Shown here: in pieces, positions 9,125 to 21,324 of the stretch | Numbering within the stretch: the stretch's first letter is position 1 | How the letters are laid out: every line of letters begins with the position of its first letter | Assembly: GCA_963728425.1 (NCBI GenBank) | Contig: CAVSKC010000001.1 | Coordinates: 89,523 to 153,522, forward strand | Source: an uncultured Actinomycetota bacterium | GTDB lineage: Bacteria > Actinomycetota > Actinomycetes > JACCUZ01 | Direction of reading: 5' to 3' | DNA: 64,000 nucleotides | Made by a program: the position numbers and the translations under genes | Notes under the pieces: generated by a model | Told to the model about the DNA's origin: nothing | Seen by the model: only the letters and a program-made list of their open reading frames with translations | Databases searched by the model: none

Positions 9125-9913
9125 TCACCGCACGTCCATCCGGCTGCCGTCGCCGGTCAAGAGGCCCCCGTCGACCGGGAGCGTGTGACCCGTGATCCAA
9201 GCTGCGTCGCTCGAAGCGAGGAAGGCAATGGCGCCGGCCACGTCCTCGGGCTCGCCAACGCGCCCGAGCGGATACAACGGCTCGAGACGATCCGCCCCGC
9301 CAACTTGAGCGTCCCAGACCCGGGTCCTGATCGTTCCCGGCGCCACAGCGTTCACCCGGATGCCGTCGTGAGCGAGGCTGGCGGCGAGATTGCCCGTCAG
9401 TGACGTGAGCCCAGCCTTCGCCGAGGAGTACGCCTCACTCCCCAGCGCGGTGAAGGCGTTGATCGAGCTGACGGTCACGATGGCCGGGCTCAAGGTGCTT
9501 CGCCGAAGGTAAGGAATCGCGGAGCGGCAACAGCGGACAACGCCGAGGAGATTGAGCTCGAGTACGCGTGTCCACACCTCGTCGTTCGTGACTTCGAACG
9601 CGCCGTGCTCGACATCTCCACCGGCAACGTTGACCAGGGTGTCTATCTGACCAAGCGCGCTAGCAGCGCGATCTACTGCCTGTTCAACCGACGACCCGTC
9701 GGTCACGTCCATGTGCACCGCAAGGTGCGGACGCTCACCGAGCTGTGCAAGCTGGGACGCCACGTCCTGAGCAGCCCCCTCGTCGAGGTCCAGGACAGCG
9801 ACCCGCGCGCCTTCGTCCGCGAGGCGAACTGCGCAGGCCCGTCCGATGCCATGTGCTCCGCCAGTCACCAACGCTGCCGCACCGTCGAAGCGCCCGCCCG
9901 GTCTGAGAACCAT
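9125..9913 (-). CDS. SDR family short-chain dehydrogenase/reductase
   Basis: TGGAHGIG Rossmann motif, YxxxK catalytic pair (YSSAK), 262 aa. Confidence 0.85.
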   Translation of the reverse strand: MVLRPGGRFDGAAALVTGGAHGIGRACAVRLADEGARVAVLDLDEGAAQDVASQLAQLGERPHLAVHMDVTDGSSVEQAVDRAASALGQIDTLVNVAGGDVEHGAFEVTNDEVWTRVLELNLLGVVRCCRSAIPYLRRSTLSPAIVTVSSINAFTALGSEAYSSAKAGLTSLTGNLAASLAHDGIRVNAVAPGTIRTRVWDAQVGGADRLEPLYPLGRVGEPEDVAGAIAFLASSDAAWITGHTLPVDGGLLTGDGSRMDVR

Positions 9914-9942
9914 TCGTCAAGGTTCGCACGTCAGGCCGGCCA

Positions 9943-10581
9943 TCAGGGCGCGCGCAGCCGGCCCAGCTCGGCGGTGACGTTCGCGCGGGCCCGCTGCTCC
10001 CAAGCCGACCGGCCGTGCGCGGTGCGGAACAGCGCCGGCCGGTCCAGCAGTCTCGACAGCACCTGGGCGCGGCCCGTGGCGAACGCGGCGTCGTCGACGT
10101 GGGCGTACTCGCGGCGGACGCCTTCGACGTACGACGAGTAGCGCAGGTCGTCGGAGGCGAGCACCGCTAGGTCGGCGTCGCACAGCACGGCACCGTCGCG
10201 GTCGTTGTCGGCGACCTCGTGGGTGACGGTGAGGTGCACCAGCCGGGACACCTCAGCCAGGAGCGGCTCGTCGAGCCCGAGCCGCCGCAGGGTGGTGATC
10301 GCGAGGGCAGCGCTGCGCTCCTCGTTGTCCTCGGCGGTGGGGTCGTAGACCGCGTCGTGGAACCAAGCCGCCAATCGCACCGTGTCCGGCCGGTCGGCCT
10401 CGGCGGCCAGCAGGTCGACCCGCTCCAGCACCTCGGCCAGGTGCGCGAGGTCGTGGTAGGCACGGTGCGGCTCGGCCCAGCGGCCGAGCAGGGCGGCGCC
10501 GGCGCCGGCGACGTCGTCCCGCGCACCGACCCGCCGGCCGAGCGCCAGCCAGTCGACCGCGAGGTGCCGCACCCCGCTCAT
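9943..10581 (-). CDS. HD-domain metal-dependent phosphohydrolase (212 aa)
   Basis: YHDLAHLAEVL ... WFHDAVYD motifs; ATG overlaps the stop of the upstream helicase gene (ATGA). Confidence 0.7.
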   Translation of the reverse strand: MSGVRHLAVDWLALGRRVGARDDVAGAGAALLGRWAEPHRAYHDLAHLAEVLERVDLLAAEADRPDTVRLAAWFHDAVYDPTAEDNEERSAALAITTLRRLGLDEPLLAEVSRLVHLTVTHEVADNDRDGAVLCDADLAVLASDDLRYSSYVEGVRREYAHVDDAAFATGRAQVLSRLLDRPALFRTAHGRSAWEQRARANVTAELGRLRAP

Positions 10582-12584
10582 GCTGCCAGCTCGTCGGGCA
10601 GCGGCTGTGCGTGCACGACGGACAAGCCGGACACCGCCCGGGTGAGCACGACGTAGAGCCGCCGCAGCCCTTGGAACTCGGACGGCTCGCCGGCCACGAT
10701 CGCGGCCGGCTCGACCACCACGACGTGGTCGTACTCCAGGCCCTTGGCCAGCGAGGCCGGCACCAGGGTCACCCGCTCGTCGGGCTGCTCGGGACCGTCG
10801 TCGCGGCCGAGCACGACGTGTGCGACGCCGAGCGCCCGGCTGACTCCCTCGACGTCGGTGTCGGCCACCACGACCCCGACCGAGCCCGGCTCGGCGAGCA
10901 CCCGACGTACCTCCGATGACACCGCCGTGACCACGTCGCCGGTCGGCAACAGGTCGAGGCGGCCGAGGTTCTCGCGCACCGGCTCGGGCGCCTCGATCCC
11001 GGCCGCGATGAACGGGAGCAGCCGCGCGGCGAACTCGATCACTGCCGCGGGCACCCGGTAGCCGCGGCGCAACACCTCGACGTGCGCGGCCGGCTTGCCC
11101 AGGTGACGCAGCGACTCGGCCCAGTCGTCGGTGGCCCACGGCGTGGTGCCCTGGGCGATGTCGCCCAGCACGGTGGCCGAGCCGGTGGAGCAACGGCGGC
11201 CGACCGCGCGCAGCTGCATCGGGGACAGGTCCTGGGCCTCGTCGAGCACGACGTGACCGAGGCTCGGCTCGCGCTCGACCAGGTCGGCGGCCTCGTCGAC
11301 GAGCACGGCGTCGGCCAGCGTCCACGGCGCGGACTTCGGCCCGCGGGGCGGCTTGGGCCACAGCAGCAGCGCCTGCTCGTCCGGGTCGAGGACCCCGTCG
11401 GCGGCACGGGCCAGCACAGCCGGGTCGGACAGCAGCGCCATCACCACCCGCACCGGGTCGACCGCGGGCCACAGGCGGTCGACCGCCCGGCGCACCGGCG
11501 CGCTGCGGGCCACGGCGTCCTGGGTCCGGTCGTCGGGGGACTCGCCGGCCGCCTCCATCTTGGTCAGCAGCAGGTGCGCCAGCCGCTGCGCGAGCATCGC
11601 CCGGGCCGCGCCGTAGCGCACGTCCCGGGCGGTCAGCTCGGCGACCACCTCGCGCAGCTCGTGGGTCGGGACCCGCCAGCGGTGCGACCCCCGCGGCAGC
11701 ACCAGCGGCTCGGTCGGCGGGAGCAGGCCGGCATGGACCGCCCGGCTCAGGACCGTCGCCATCCGGGGGTCGCCCTTGAGCACCGCGAGCGGCGCGGGGT
11801 CGACCGCACGCACCTCGACCCGGTGGCCGACCATCTCCTCGAGCGTCACCTGCCGCACGTCGACCTCGCCGAGCGCCGGCAGCACCGCCGAGATGTAGGA
11901 CAGGAAGGCCGAGTTGGGTCCCACCACCAGCACGCCACCCCGCCGCAGCCGGTCCCGGTGGGTGTAGAGCAGGTACGCCGCCCGGTGCAGCCCGACCGCG
12001 GTCTTCCCGGTGCCGGGTGCGCCCTGCACACAGAGCGTCTCGGTGACGTCGGCCCGCACGATCACGTCCTGCTCCGGCTGGATGGTGGCCACGATGTCGC
12101 GCATCGGGCCGACCCGCGGGCGCTCGATCTCGCCGGCGAGAATGGCGGACCGCCGCTCGGCCTCGGTCCGGTCCTGCAGGTGCTCGTCCTCGTAGGCGGT
12201 GATCACGCCGCGCTCGAAGCCGAACCGGCGGCGCAGCTTCACGCGCATCGGCTCGGTGCGGGTCGCGCGGTAGAACGCGGTCGAGACGTCGGCCCGCCAG
12301 TCGATGACCACGGGGTCGCCGGCGTCGTCGTGGACGTGCCGGCGCCCGACGTAGTAGCGCTCGTCGTCGAGGTCCAGCCGGCCGAAGAACAGCGGCGTCT
12401 CCGGGTCGTCGGTCAGGGCCAGCACCCGCCGGTGCAGCGACGCCGCGAGGTACGCCTCGCTGACCGCGTCGCCGCCGCGGGCGTTCAGCGCCAGGGTCGC
12501 GTCGCGCATCGCCAGCAGGTCGGCGCGGGCCGCCGCGAGGTAGGCGCGCTCGGCGGCGAGGGTGGGATCGGGAGGCGCAGACAC
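10578..12584 (-). CDS. helD: HelD-like (DNA helicase IV / UvrD-like) RNA-polymerase-associated ATPase
   Basis: ERYYVGRRHVHDDAGDPVVIDWRA HelD N-terminal signature, Walker A GAPGTGKT, UvrD-like C-terminal domain. Start set at the GTG giving VSAPPDPTLAAERAYL; upstream ORF residues look non-coding. Confidence 0.7.
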   Translation of the reverse strand: MSAPPDPTLAAERAYLAAARADLLAMRDATLALNARGGDAVSEAYLAASLHRRVLALTDDPETPLFFGRLDLDDERYYVGRRHVHDDAGDPVVIDWRADVSTAFYRATRTEPMRVKLRRRFGFERGVITAYEDEHLQDRTEAERRSAILAGEIERPRVGPMRDIVATIQPEQDVIVRADVTETLCVQGAPGTGKTAVGLHRAAYLLYTHRDRLRRGGVLVVGPNSAFLSYISAVLPALGEVDVRQVTLEEMVGHRVEVRAVDPAPLAVLKGDPRMATVLSRAVHAGLLPPTEPLVLPRGSHRWRVPTHELREVVAELTARDVRYGAARAMLAQRLAHLLLTKMEAAGESPDDRTQDAVARSAPVRRAVDRLWPAVDPVRVVMALLSDPAVLARAADGVLDPDEQALLLWPKPPRGPKSAPWTLADAVLVDEAADLVEREPSLGHVVLDEAQDLSPMQLRAVGRRCSTGSATVLGDIAQGTTPWATDDWAESLRHLGKPAAHVEVLRRGYRVPAAVIEFAARLLPFIAAGIEAPEPVRENLGRLDLLPTGDVVTAVSSEVRRVLAEPGSVGVVVADTDVEGVSRALGVAHVVLGRDDGPEQPDERVTLVPASLAKGLEYDHVVVVEPAAIVAGEPSEFQGLRRLYVVLTRAVSGLSVVHAQPLPDELAA

Positions 12585-12618
12585 GGGTCCGCGAGCGTAC
12601 CCCGACGAGCGCCGGGCG

Positions 12619-13062
12619 TCAGCCCTCCGCGACGACGACCAGCGCGCGACGCAGCCGGGCCAGCCGCACGTGCAGCAGCGTGGGCGACGTCGGGCCGCTG
12701 GACAGCACCAGGCGAGCCACCAGGACCTGGGCGTGCCGCAGGGCACGGTGACCGCCGTCCTCGGAGCGCGGCAGGCTGACCGGCGGGCCGGCCACCAGCC
12801 CGTCGACGTGGGCGAGCAGGGACGTCGTGGCGGCGTCGACCTCGGCGATGGCGTCCGCCGGGGCGGCCAGCAGGCTCGCGCGGAGCGCGTCGGTGACCCG
12901 CCACCAGACCGGGAACGGCACCGGGTCGATCACGCTCTTGCGGACCAGCGCGTTGGCCACGAGGTGCTGGGCGAGCCGGCCGGTCAGCTCGTCGCTCTCG
13001 GCCGCGGCAGCCGCGGTCGAGGTGAGGGCCAGCTCCAGCGGGGGGTGTTGCAGCGTCGTCAT
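12619..13062 (-). CDS. hypothetical protein (147 aa) upstream of helD
   Basis: ATG at 13062 preceded by AGGAGCGACG. Ordinary composition, no recognisable domain. Confidence 0.45.
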   Translation of the reverse strand: MTTLQHPPLELALTSTAAAAAESDELTGRLAQHLVANALVRKSVIDPVPFPVWWRVTDALRASLLAAPADAIAEVDAATTSLLAHVDGLVAGPPVSLPRSEDGGHRALRHAQVLVARLVLSSGPTSPTLLHVRLARLRRALVVVAEG

Positions 13063-13219
13063 CGTCGCTCCTGGTGTCGGTACCGCTGGTGGTGGGCCCA
13101 CCGTCGTGAACGAACCTGTCAACCAGGTGTGAGTCGCCTGCGCGCTTCCTGATACGTCCCGGACGAAGAAACTTCTACCGGCGCCGGCGCTCTCGCGCTC
13201 CCGCACGGGCGGGAGCAGG

Positions 13220-14880
<1,661 letters not shown>

Positions 14881-14884
<4 letters not shown>

Positions 14885-15501
14885 GCGGGTCCGACCGGGT
14901 CGAGGTAATCGGCACCGGGACGGCACAGGTGCGGCCGGACCTGTTCGTGGCGCAGCTCGGCGCCGAGGCCACCGGGCCGGACGTCGCGACCGTCCTCGAG
15001 GCGGCCGAGCTGGCCGTCGCGGCGATGGCGGGGGCGGCTCGGGCGGGCGGCGCGGCCGACGCCGACGTGCGCACGACCGACGTCACGGTGTCCACCAACT
15101 ACACCCAGACGGGTCCGGAGGGCTACCGGGCGGCTATCGGGCTGGGCCTGACACTGCATGACCTCGAGTCCGCGGGGAGGGTGCTGGCCGAGGTGGTCGC
15201 GGCCGGCGGCGACGCCAGCCGGGTGAACGCGGTCTCGATGACGGTGGCCGACCCGCACCCGGCCCTGGACGCCGCCCGCGAGGCCGCCTTCGCCGACGCG
15301 CGACACCAGGCGGAGCAGCTTGCCGGGCTCGCGGGCCGCACGCTGGGTGGTGTCCGCCGGGTCACGCCGCAGCAGGTGTTCAACACCTTCGCCCGGACGG
15401 CGGCGTTCCAGGAGCAGTCGAAGCCGCTGGCCGCGATGCCGATCGAGGCCGGGGCGGCGACCCTGACCGTGTCGCTGCAGGTCCGGTTCGACCTGGACTG
15501 A
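14881..15501 (+). CDS. SIMPL-domain (DUF541) protein
   Basis: About 200 aa with the SIMPL-like pattern ([21 protein letters not shown] ... [12 protein letters not shown]); GTG start overlapping the previous stop. Confidence 0.65.
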
Positions 15502-15546
15502 GCCGCAAACCAGCGGATGGGGTTACACAGGTCCCGGTGAGGCGGC

Positions 15547-18500
15547 ATGCTGCCCGGCATGACCTGTGCCTCGTGCGGGACTGCCGCCGGCCCGGGCGCG
15601 AAGTTCTGCGCCGAGTGCGGGTCCCCGCTGGCGTCCGGGTGCCCGGGGTGCGGTGCCGACGTCACGCCCGGCGCGAAGTTCTGCCCCAGCTGCGGGACCT
15701 CACTGCAAGCAGCCGCTGCGTCCCTGCAGGGCACCGAGCCGACCGGCGACCACGGTGAGGCGGACCGCCCGGCCCCGGTGGCCGAGCGGCGGCTGGTGTC
15801 CGTCCTTTTTGCGGACCTGGTGGGCTTCACCGGGCTGTCCGAGTCGCGCGACGCCGAAGAGGTGCGCGAGCTGCTCACCCGGTACTTCGACGTGTGCCGG
15901 ACGCTGGTCGCGCGTCATGGCGGGGTCGTGGAGAAGTTCATCGGCGATGCTGTCATGGCGGTCTGGGGAGCTCCCGTCGCCAACGAGGACGACGCCGAGC
16001 GCGCGGTGCGCACCGCCCTGGAGCTGGTGACGGCGGTGGCGGCTCTCGGTGAGGACGTCGGGGCAGTCGCCCTGCAGGTACGGGCCGGCGTGCTCACGGG
16101 GGAGGCGGCGGTCACCCTCGGCGCGACCGGCGAGGGCCTCGTCGCGGGCGACCTGGTCAACACGGCCAGCAGGATCCAATCTGCGGCCCAGCCGGGGACG
16201 GTCCTCGTGGGTGAGACGACCCGTCGGGCGACCGACGCCGCCGTCCACTACGAGCCAGCGGGGACGCACGACGTCAAGGGCAAGGCCGAACCGATTGTCC
16301 TCTTCCGGGCGATGCAGGTCGTCGCGGGCCGGAGCGGGTCGATGCGGGTCGGAGCGGCTTGAGGCCCCCTTCGTGGGCCGCGACCGCGAGCTGCGGATGC
16401 TCAAGGACCTGTTCCACGCGACGGTCGACCACCGGACGCCGCAGCTGGTCACAGTCAGCGGTGTCGCCGGGGTCGGCAAGTCGAGGCTGTCCTGGGAGTT
16501 CGAGAAGTACGTCGATGGGCTGATCGAGGACGTCTGGTGGCACCGCGGTCGGTGCCTCTCCTACGGCGAAGGCGTCACCTACTGGGCTCTGGCGGACATG
16601 ATGCGGATGCGGGTGGGATCCGTCGAGGGGGAGGCCTCGGACGCGGTCGCCACCAAGCTCGCAGCGACGCTGGCCGAGTTCGTGCCCGACGCCGAGGAAC
16701 GCCGGTGGATCGAGCCGCGGCTCGGCCAGCTGCTCGGACTTGACGACAGTGCACCGACCACCGGCCAGGACGACCAGTTCGCCGCCTGGCGCCTTTTCGT
16801 GGAGCGGATGGCCGATGCCGGGCCCGTCATGCTGGTCTTCGAGGACCTGCAGTGGGCCGACACGTCACTGCTGGACTTCGTCGACTACCTGCTGGAGTGG
16901 TCGCGCAACCATCCCATCTTCGTGCTCGCCCTGACCCGGCCGGAGCTCGTCGAGCGGCGACCCACCTGGGGTTCTGGTCGGCGCAACTTCAGCTCGCTCT
17001 ACCTCGAGCCACTCGGACCGGAGGCGATGCACCGCCTCCTCGACGGGTTGGTGCCCGGCCTGCCGGCTCCGGTGACCAGCGCGATCCTCGACCGGGCCGA
17101 GGGCATCCCCCTCTACGCGGTCGAGACCGTCCGCATGCTGCTGGACCAAGGGCAGCTCGAGCAGGTCGGCGGCGAGTACCGACAGACCGGTCCGATCACC
17201 GACCTGCAGGTGCCGGAGACCTTGCACGGTCTCATCGCCGCCCGGCTGGACGGGCTGGGCCGCAGGGAGCGGCTGCTCGTGGAGGACGCCGCCGTGCTCG
17301 GCAAGTCGTTTCCGCCCGAGGTGCTCGCGGCCGTGACCGGCACACCGGTCGCCGACCTGCTGGAGCCGCTGGCGGTGCTGGTTCGCCGGGAGATCCTCAC
17401 GGTCAGCAACGACCCGCGCTCCCCCGACCGAGGGCAGTACGAGTTCGTCCAGGACTTGCTGCAGAAGGTGGCCTACGACACGCTGTCCCGCCACGATCGC
17501 CGGGCGAAGCACCTCGCCGTCGCCGCGCATCTCGAGGCCGACCAGGCAGTCGACGACGACGAAGTTGTCGAGCTGATCGCAGCCCACTACATCGAGGCTC
17601 TGCACGCGGTGCCAGACGCGCCGGACGCCGCCCAGACAAGGGCACGAGCCCGCGAGATGTTGCTGCGGGCGGGGGAGCGGGCCACCGGGCTCGCTGCGCC
17701 GGTGGAGTCGTTGCGCTACTTCACCCAGGCTCTGGAGCTGACCGACGACGTGCTGGGGAGGGCCCGGCTCGACGAGCGCGCGGGTACGGCTGCCGCAACG
17801 GCCGGGCGCGCCGTGGAGGCCCGCGCCCACCTGGACCGGGCCATCGCGACGTACGAGACCGAAGGCCAGACGCATGCTGCGGCCCGCGTGTCCGCGGAGC
17901 TGGCCGAGGTCGACTTCTACGAGGGCAGCCTGCACGCAGCGATCGCCCGGATGCAGGCCGCTCTCGAAGTGCTGTCGTCGGATCAGCCGGACGCCGACGT
18001 CGCCGAGGTCTCCGCGCAGTTGGGCCGACTGTTGTTCTTCGTCGGGCGCGCCGAGGAAGCGCTCCCGCACCTCGAACGTGCCCTCGAGGTGGCCGAGCTC
18101 TTGCTGCTGCCGGAGGTCCTGGCCCAGGCTCTGAACACCAAGAGCCTGGTCCTGCTCTCGTTGCGGCGCCCCGTCGAGTCCGACGCCCTCATCGAGAAGG
18201 CGCTGTCGGTCGCCCTGGCTGCCGACCAGCACAGCGCAGCGCTGCGGGCCTACTTCAACCGCGCCGAGCGGCAGTCCGACGTCCTGCGGATCGACGAGTC
18301 GTTGGAGACGTACCGGGTCGGTCTGGCCTATGCCAGGCGCGTCGGGGACAAGTTCTACGACCTGTCCATGCAGGCCGGCTCCATCTCAGTCTTGCTCACC
18401 CTGGGGCGCTGGGACGAGGCACTGGCGATCGCTCAGACCGTCACCGCCGACGAGCACCTCACGAACCTTCAGCTCATCGTCGTCGAGCTGGTGCCGGCCG

Positions 18501-19132
18501 CGGGGGCGTTGGTCCGGCGGGGCGACGTCCAGGGCGCCAAGGACTACCTCGAGCGGCTGCCTGACGCCGCCGACTCGGAGAACGTGCAGAACCGCGCGGC
18601 CCAGCATGCTGTGCTGGCCGCGATCGCGAGAGCCGAGGGGCGCCCGCGGGACGCGCTGGAGCTCGCCAGGCACGCCCTCGAGTCGCAGTCGACGCTCGGC
18701 CTGATCGCACGGGGGCCGACCGAGGGAATGATCGAGTGCCTCGAAGCCGCGTTCGCCCTCGGGGACGACGACACGATCGACGAGCTGCTCGAGCTGGCCG
18801 CCCGCCGCCCGCCGGGGGAGGTCTCTCCGATGATCGACGGCCACCGGTTGCGCTTCACGGCGCGGCGGAGCTCCTCGCGCGGTGACGACGAGAAGGCCGC
18901 GACCACGTTCGCCGCCGCCATGACGATGTTCGAGGAGACGCGCAACGTGTTCTGGCAGGCCACGGTCCGGCTCGAGGCAGCGGAGCACCACGCGGCGCAG
19001 GGTCGCCACGTCGAGGCCATGCGGCTCGTCGCCGCGGCCCGACCCATCTTCGAGCGGATCGGGGCTCGACCCAGCCTGGACCGGGCTGACCGCGTCGAGG
19101 CGGTCACGAACGCAGCGGCGTCGATCGGCTGA
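15547..19132 (+). CDS. Large adenylate/guanylate cyclase-AAA ATPase-TPR regulator (N-terminal zinc ribbons), interrupted by one +1 frameshift near 16340
   Basis: Cx2C zinc ribbons; class III cyclase domain (LFADLVGFTGLSE...FIGDAVMAVWGAP). After the frameshift: LEAPFVGRDRELRMLKDL, P-loop GVAGVGKSRL, then a long TPR-like helical region. No LuxR HTH at the C-terminus. Confidence 0.7.
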
Positions 19133-19150
19133 GCCGTGCCCGCGGCCGGG

Positions 19151-19624
19151 TCAGGGCAGGTTGTTGGCCTCGGCCTCGGCGATGCGGGTGAGGGCCGCGT
19201 CGAGGTACGGCCGGTACGAGCGGCCGCCGGCCACCAGCAGGTCGGCGACCACCAGCGGCGCGTGCCGGGCGACGGCCAGCGGCGTCACCGGCACCGGCTC
19301 GTCCTCGTCCGGGTGCACGCCCAGTGCTCCGCCGAGCACCAGCACCATCGCGTTGACGTCGACCTCGGGGTACCAGCCGGCCGCGGCAGTGGCGCAGCGC
19401 ACGATCACGTCGTGCACCTCGTCGCCGGTCAGCCCGTCGGGATGCAGGTCCTCAAGCAGCGCCCGCAGCAGCGCGCCGAGCACCAGCCCGACCTGCTCCG
19501 CGTCGAGGCCGGCCAGCCGCTCCGTCGCGAGCAGGAACTCGTCGCGGTTCGCCGCCACGGCCGCCGCGACCGCCGACGCCGAGCAGTCGGCGAGCGCCCG
19601 GACGCGCGGGGGGTACGCCGGCAC
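19151..19624 (-). CDS. hypothetical protein (157 aa) immediately downstream of XPB
   Basis: GTG start 2 nt after the XPB stop; acidic, ordinary composition; no recognisable domain. Confidence 0.45.
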   Translation of the reverse strand: MPAYPPRVRALADCSASAVAAAVAANRDEFLLATERLAGLDAEQVGLVLGALLRALLEDLHPDGLTGDEVHDVIVRCATAAAGWYPEVDVNAMVLVLGGALGVHPDEDEPVPVTPLAVARHAPLVVADLLVAGGRSYRPYLDAALTRIAEAEANNLP

Positions 19625-19626
19625 CG

Positions 19627-21318
19627 CTAGCTGGCGTCGAGGGTGGGCAGGTCGTCGGCGTCGACGATCCGGTAGGCGTAGCCCTGCTCCGCGAGGAACC
19701 GCTGCCGGTGCGCGGCGAAGTCCTGGTCCACGGTGTCCCGCGCGGTCACGGCGTAGAACCGGGCAGTCCGCCCGTCGGACTTGGGCCGCAGGATCCGGCC
19801 CAGCCGCTGTGCCTCCTCCTGGCGCGAGCCGAAGGTGCCCGACACCTGGATCGCGACCGCGGCCTCCGGCAGGTCGATGGAGAAGTTCGCCACCTTGGAC
19901 ACGACGAGCAGCGAGACCTCACCGACCCGGAACGCCTGGAACAGCCGCTCCCGCTCCTTGACCGTGGTGTCGCCCTTGATGACCGGCGCCTCGAGCCGCT
20001 CTCCGAGGTCGTCGAGCTGGTCGAGGTACTGGCCGATCACGAGCACCTGGTCGCTGCGGTGCCGCTCGACCAGTTCCTGCACCACCCGGGTCTTGGACGG
20101 GGTCGACGACGCGAACCGGTAGCGCTCCTCCGGCTCAGCAACGGCGTAGGCGAGCCGCTCCGACTCGGTCAGCGTCACCCGCACCTCGACGCAGTCGGCG
20201 GGCGCGATGTAGCCCTGCGACTCGATGTCCTTCCACGGCGCGTCGTAGCGCTTCGGCCCGATCAGCGAGAACACGTCGCCCTCGCGGCCGTCCTCGCGCA
20301 CCAGCGTCGCGGTCAGGCCGAGCCGGCGCCGGGCCTGCAGGTCGGCGGTCATCCGGAAGATCGGCGCGGGCAGCAGGTGCACCTCGTCGTAGACCACGAG
20401 CCCCCAGTCGCGGGCGTCGAGCAGCTCGAGGTGGGTGTAGACGCCCTTCCGCCGGGTCGTCATCACCTGGTACGTCGCGATGGTGACCGGCCGCACTTCC
20501 TTCCGCGCCCCGGAGTACTCACCGATCTCGTCCTCCGTCAGCGTCGTGCGCTTGAGCAGCTCGTGCCGCCACTGCCGGGCCGCGACCGTGTTCGTGACGA
20601 GGATCAGCGTGGTCGCCTTGGCCTCGGCCATCGCGGCCGCGCCGACAATCGTCTTGCCGGCGCCGCAGGGCAGCACGACGACACCGGAGCCGCCGTGCCA
20701 GAAGCCCTCGACCGCCTCGCGCTGGTAGGCACGCATCTCCCAGCCGTCCTGCACCAGGTCGATCTTGTGCGCCTCACCGTCGACGTAGCCGGCGAAGTCC
20801 TCGGCCGGCCAGCCCAGCTTGAGCAGCACCTGCTTGACGTGTCCGCGCTCCGACGGGTGCACGGCCACGGTGTCGGCGTCGACCCGCTCGCCGAGGAGCG
20901 GCGCAATCTTCTTCGACCGGACGACCTCCTCGAGCACCGCCCGGTCGGTGGTCACCAGCACCAGTCCGTGCACCGGGTGCTTCTCCAGCCGCAGCCGGCC
21001 GTAGCGGGCCATCGTGTCGACGACGTCGACGAGCAGGGCGTGCGGTACGGCGTAGCGGCTGTACTTGAGCAGCACGTCCACCACCTGCTCGGCGTCGTGC
21101 CCGGCCGCGCGGGCGTTCCACAGCCCCAGCGGGGTGAGCCGGTAGGTGTGGACGTGCTCCGGCGAGCGCTCCAGCTCGGCGAACGGCGCGATCGCGCGGC
21201 GGCACTCACCGGCCAGCTCGTGGTCGACCTCGAGCAGGAGGGTCTTGTCGGACTGCACGATCAGGGGGCCGTCGGTCACCTGTCCAGTGTGACTGACCGA
21301 GGCAAACCGGCCCGCCAT
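19627..21318 (-). CDS. xpb: DNA repair helicase XPB (ERCC3 family, SF2 DEAD/DEAH)
   Basis: RAYQREAV, LPCGAGKT Walker A, DEVH box, TATLVRED, and a C-terminal XPB-specific region; 563 aa. Confidence 0.9.
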   Translation of the reverse strand: MAGRFASVSHTGQVTDGPLIVQSDKTLLLEVDHELAGECRRAIAPFAELERSPEHVHTYRLTPLGLWNARAAGHDAEQVVDVLLKYSRYAVPHALLVDVVDTMARYGRLRLEKHPVHGLVLVTTDRAVLEEVVRSKKIAPLLGERVDADTVAVHPSERGHVKQVLLKLGWPAEDFAGYVDGEAHKIDLVQDGWEMRAYQREAVEGFWHGGSGVVVLPCGAGKTIVGAAAMAEAKATTLILVTNTVAARQWRHELLKRTTLTEDEIGEYSGARKEVRPVTIATYQVMTTRRKGVYTHLELLDARDWGLVVYDEVHLLPAPIFRMTADLQARRRLGLTATLVREDGREGDVFSLIGPKRYDAPWKDIESQGYIAPADCVEVRVTLTESERLAYAVAEPEERYRFASSTPSKTRVVQELVERHRSDQVLVIGQYLDQLDDLGERLEAPVIKGDTTVKERERLFQAFRVGEVSLLVVSKVANFSIDLPEAAVAIQVSGTFGSRQEEAQRLGRILRPKSDGRTARFYAVTARDTVDQDFAAHRQRFLAEQGYAYRIVDADDLPTLDAS

Positions 21319-21324
21319 CGTGGG

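Noticed and set aside
16049-16362. Separate second gene overlapping the 3' end of the cyclase gene.
   Set aside because: The upstream 100 residues of ORF 16049..19132 are non-protein-like. The cyclase domain and the LEAPFVGRD linker are continuous once a single-base shift is allowed.
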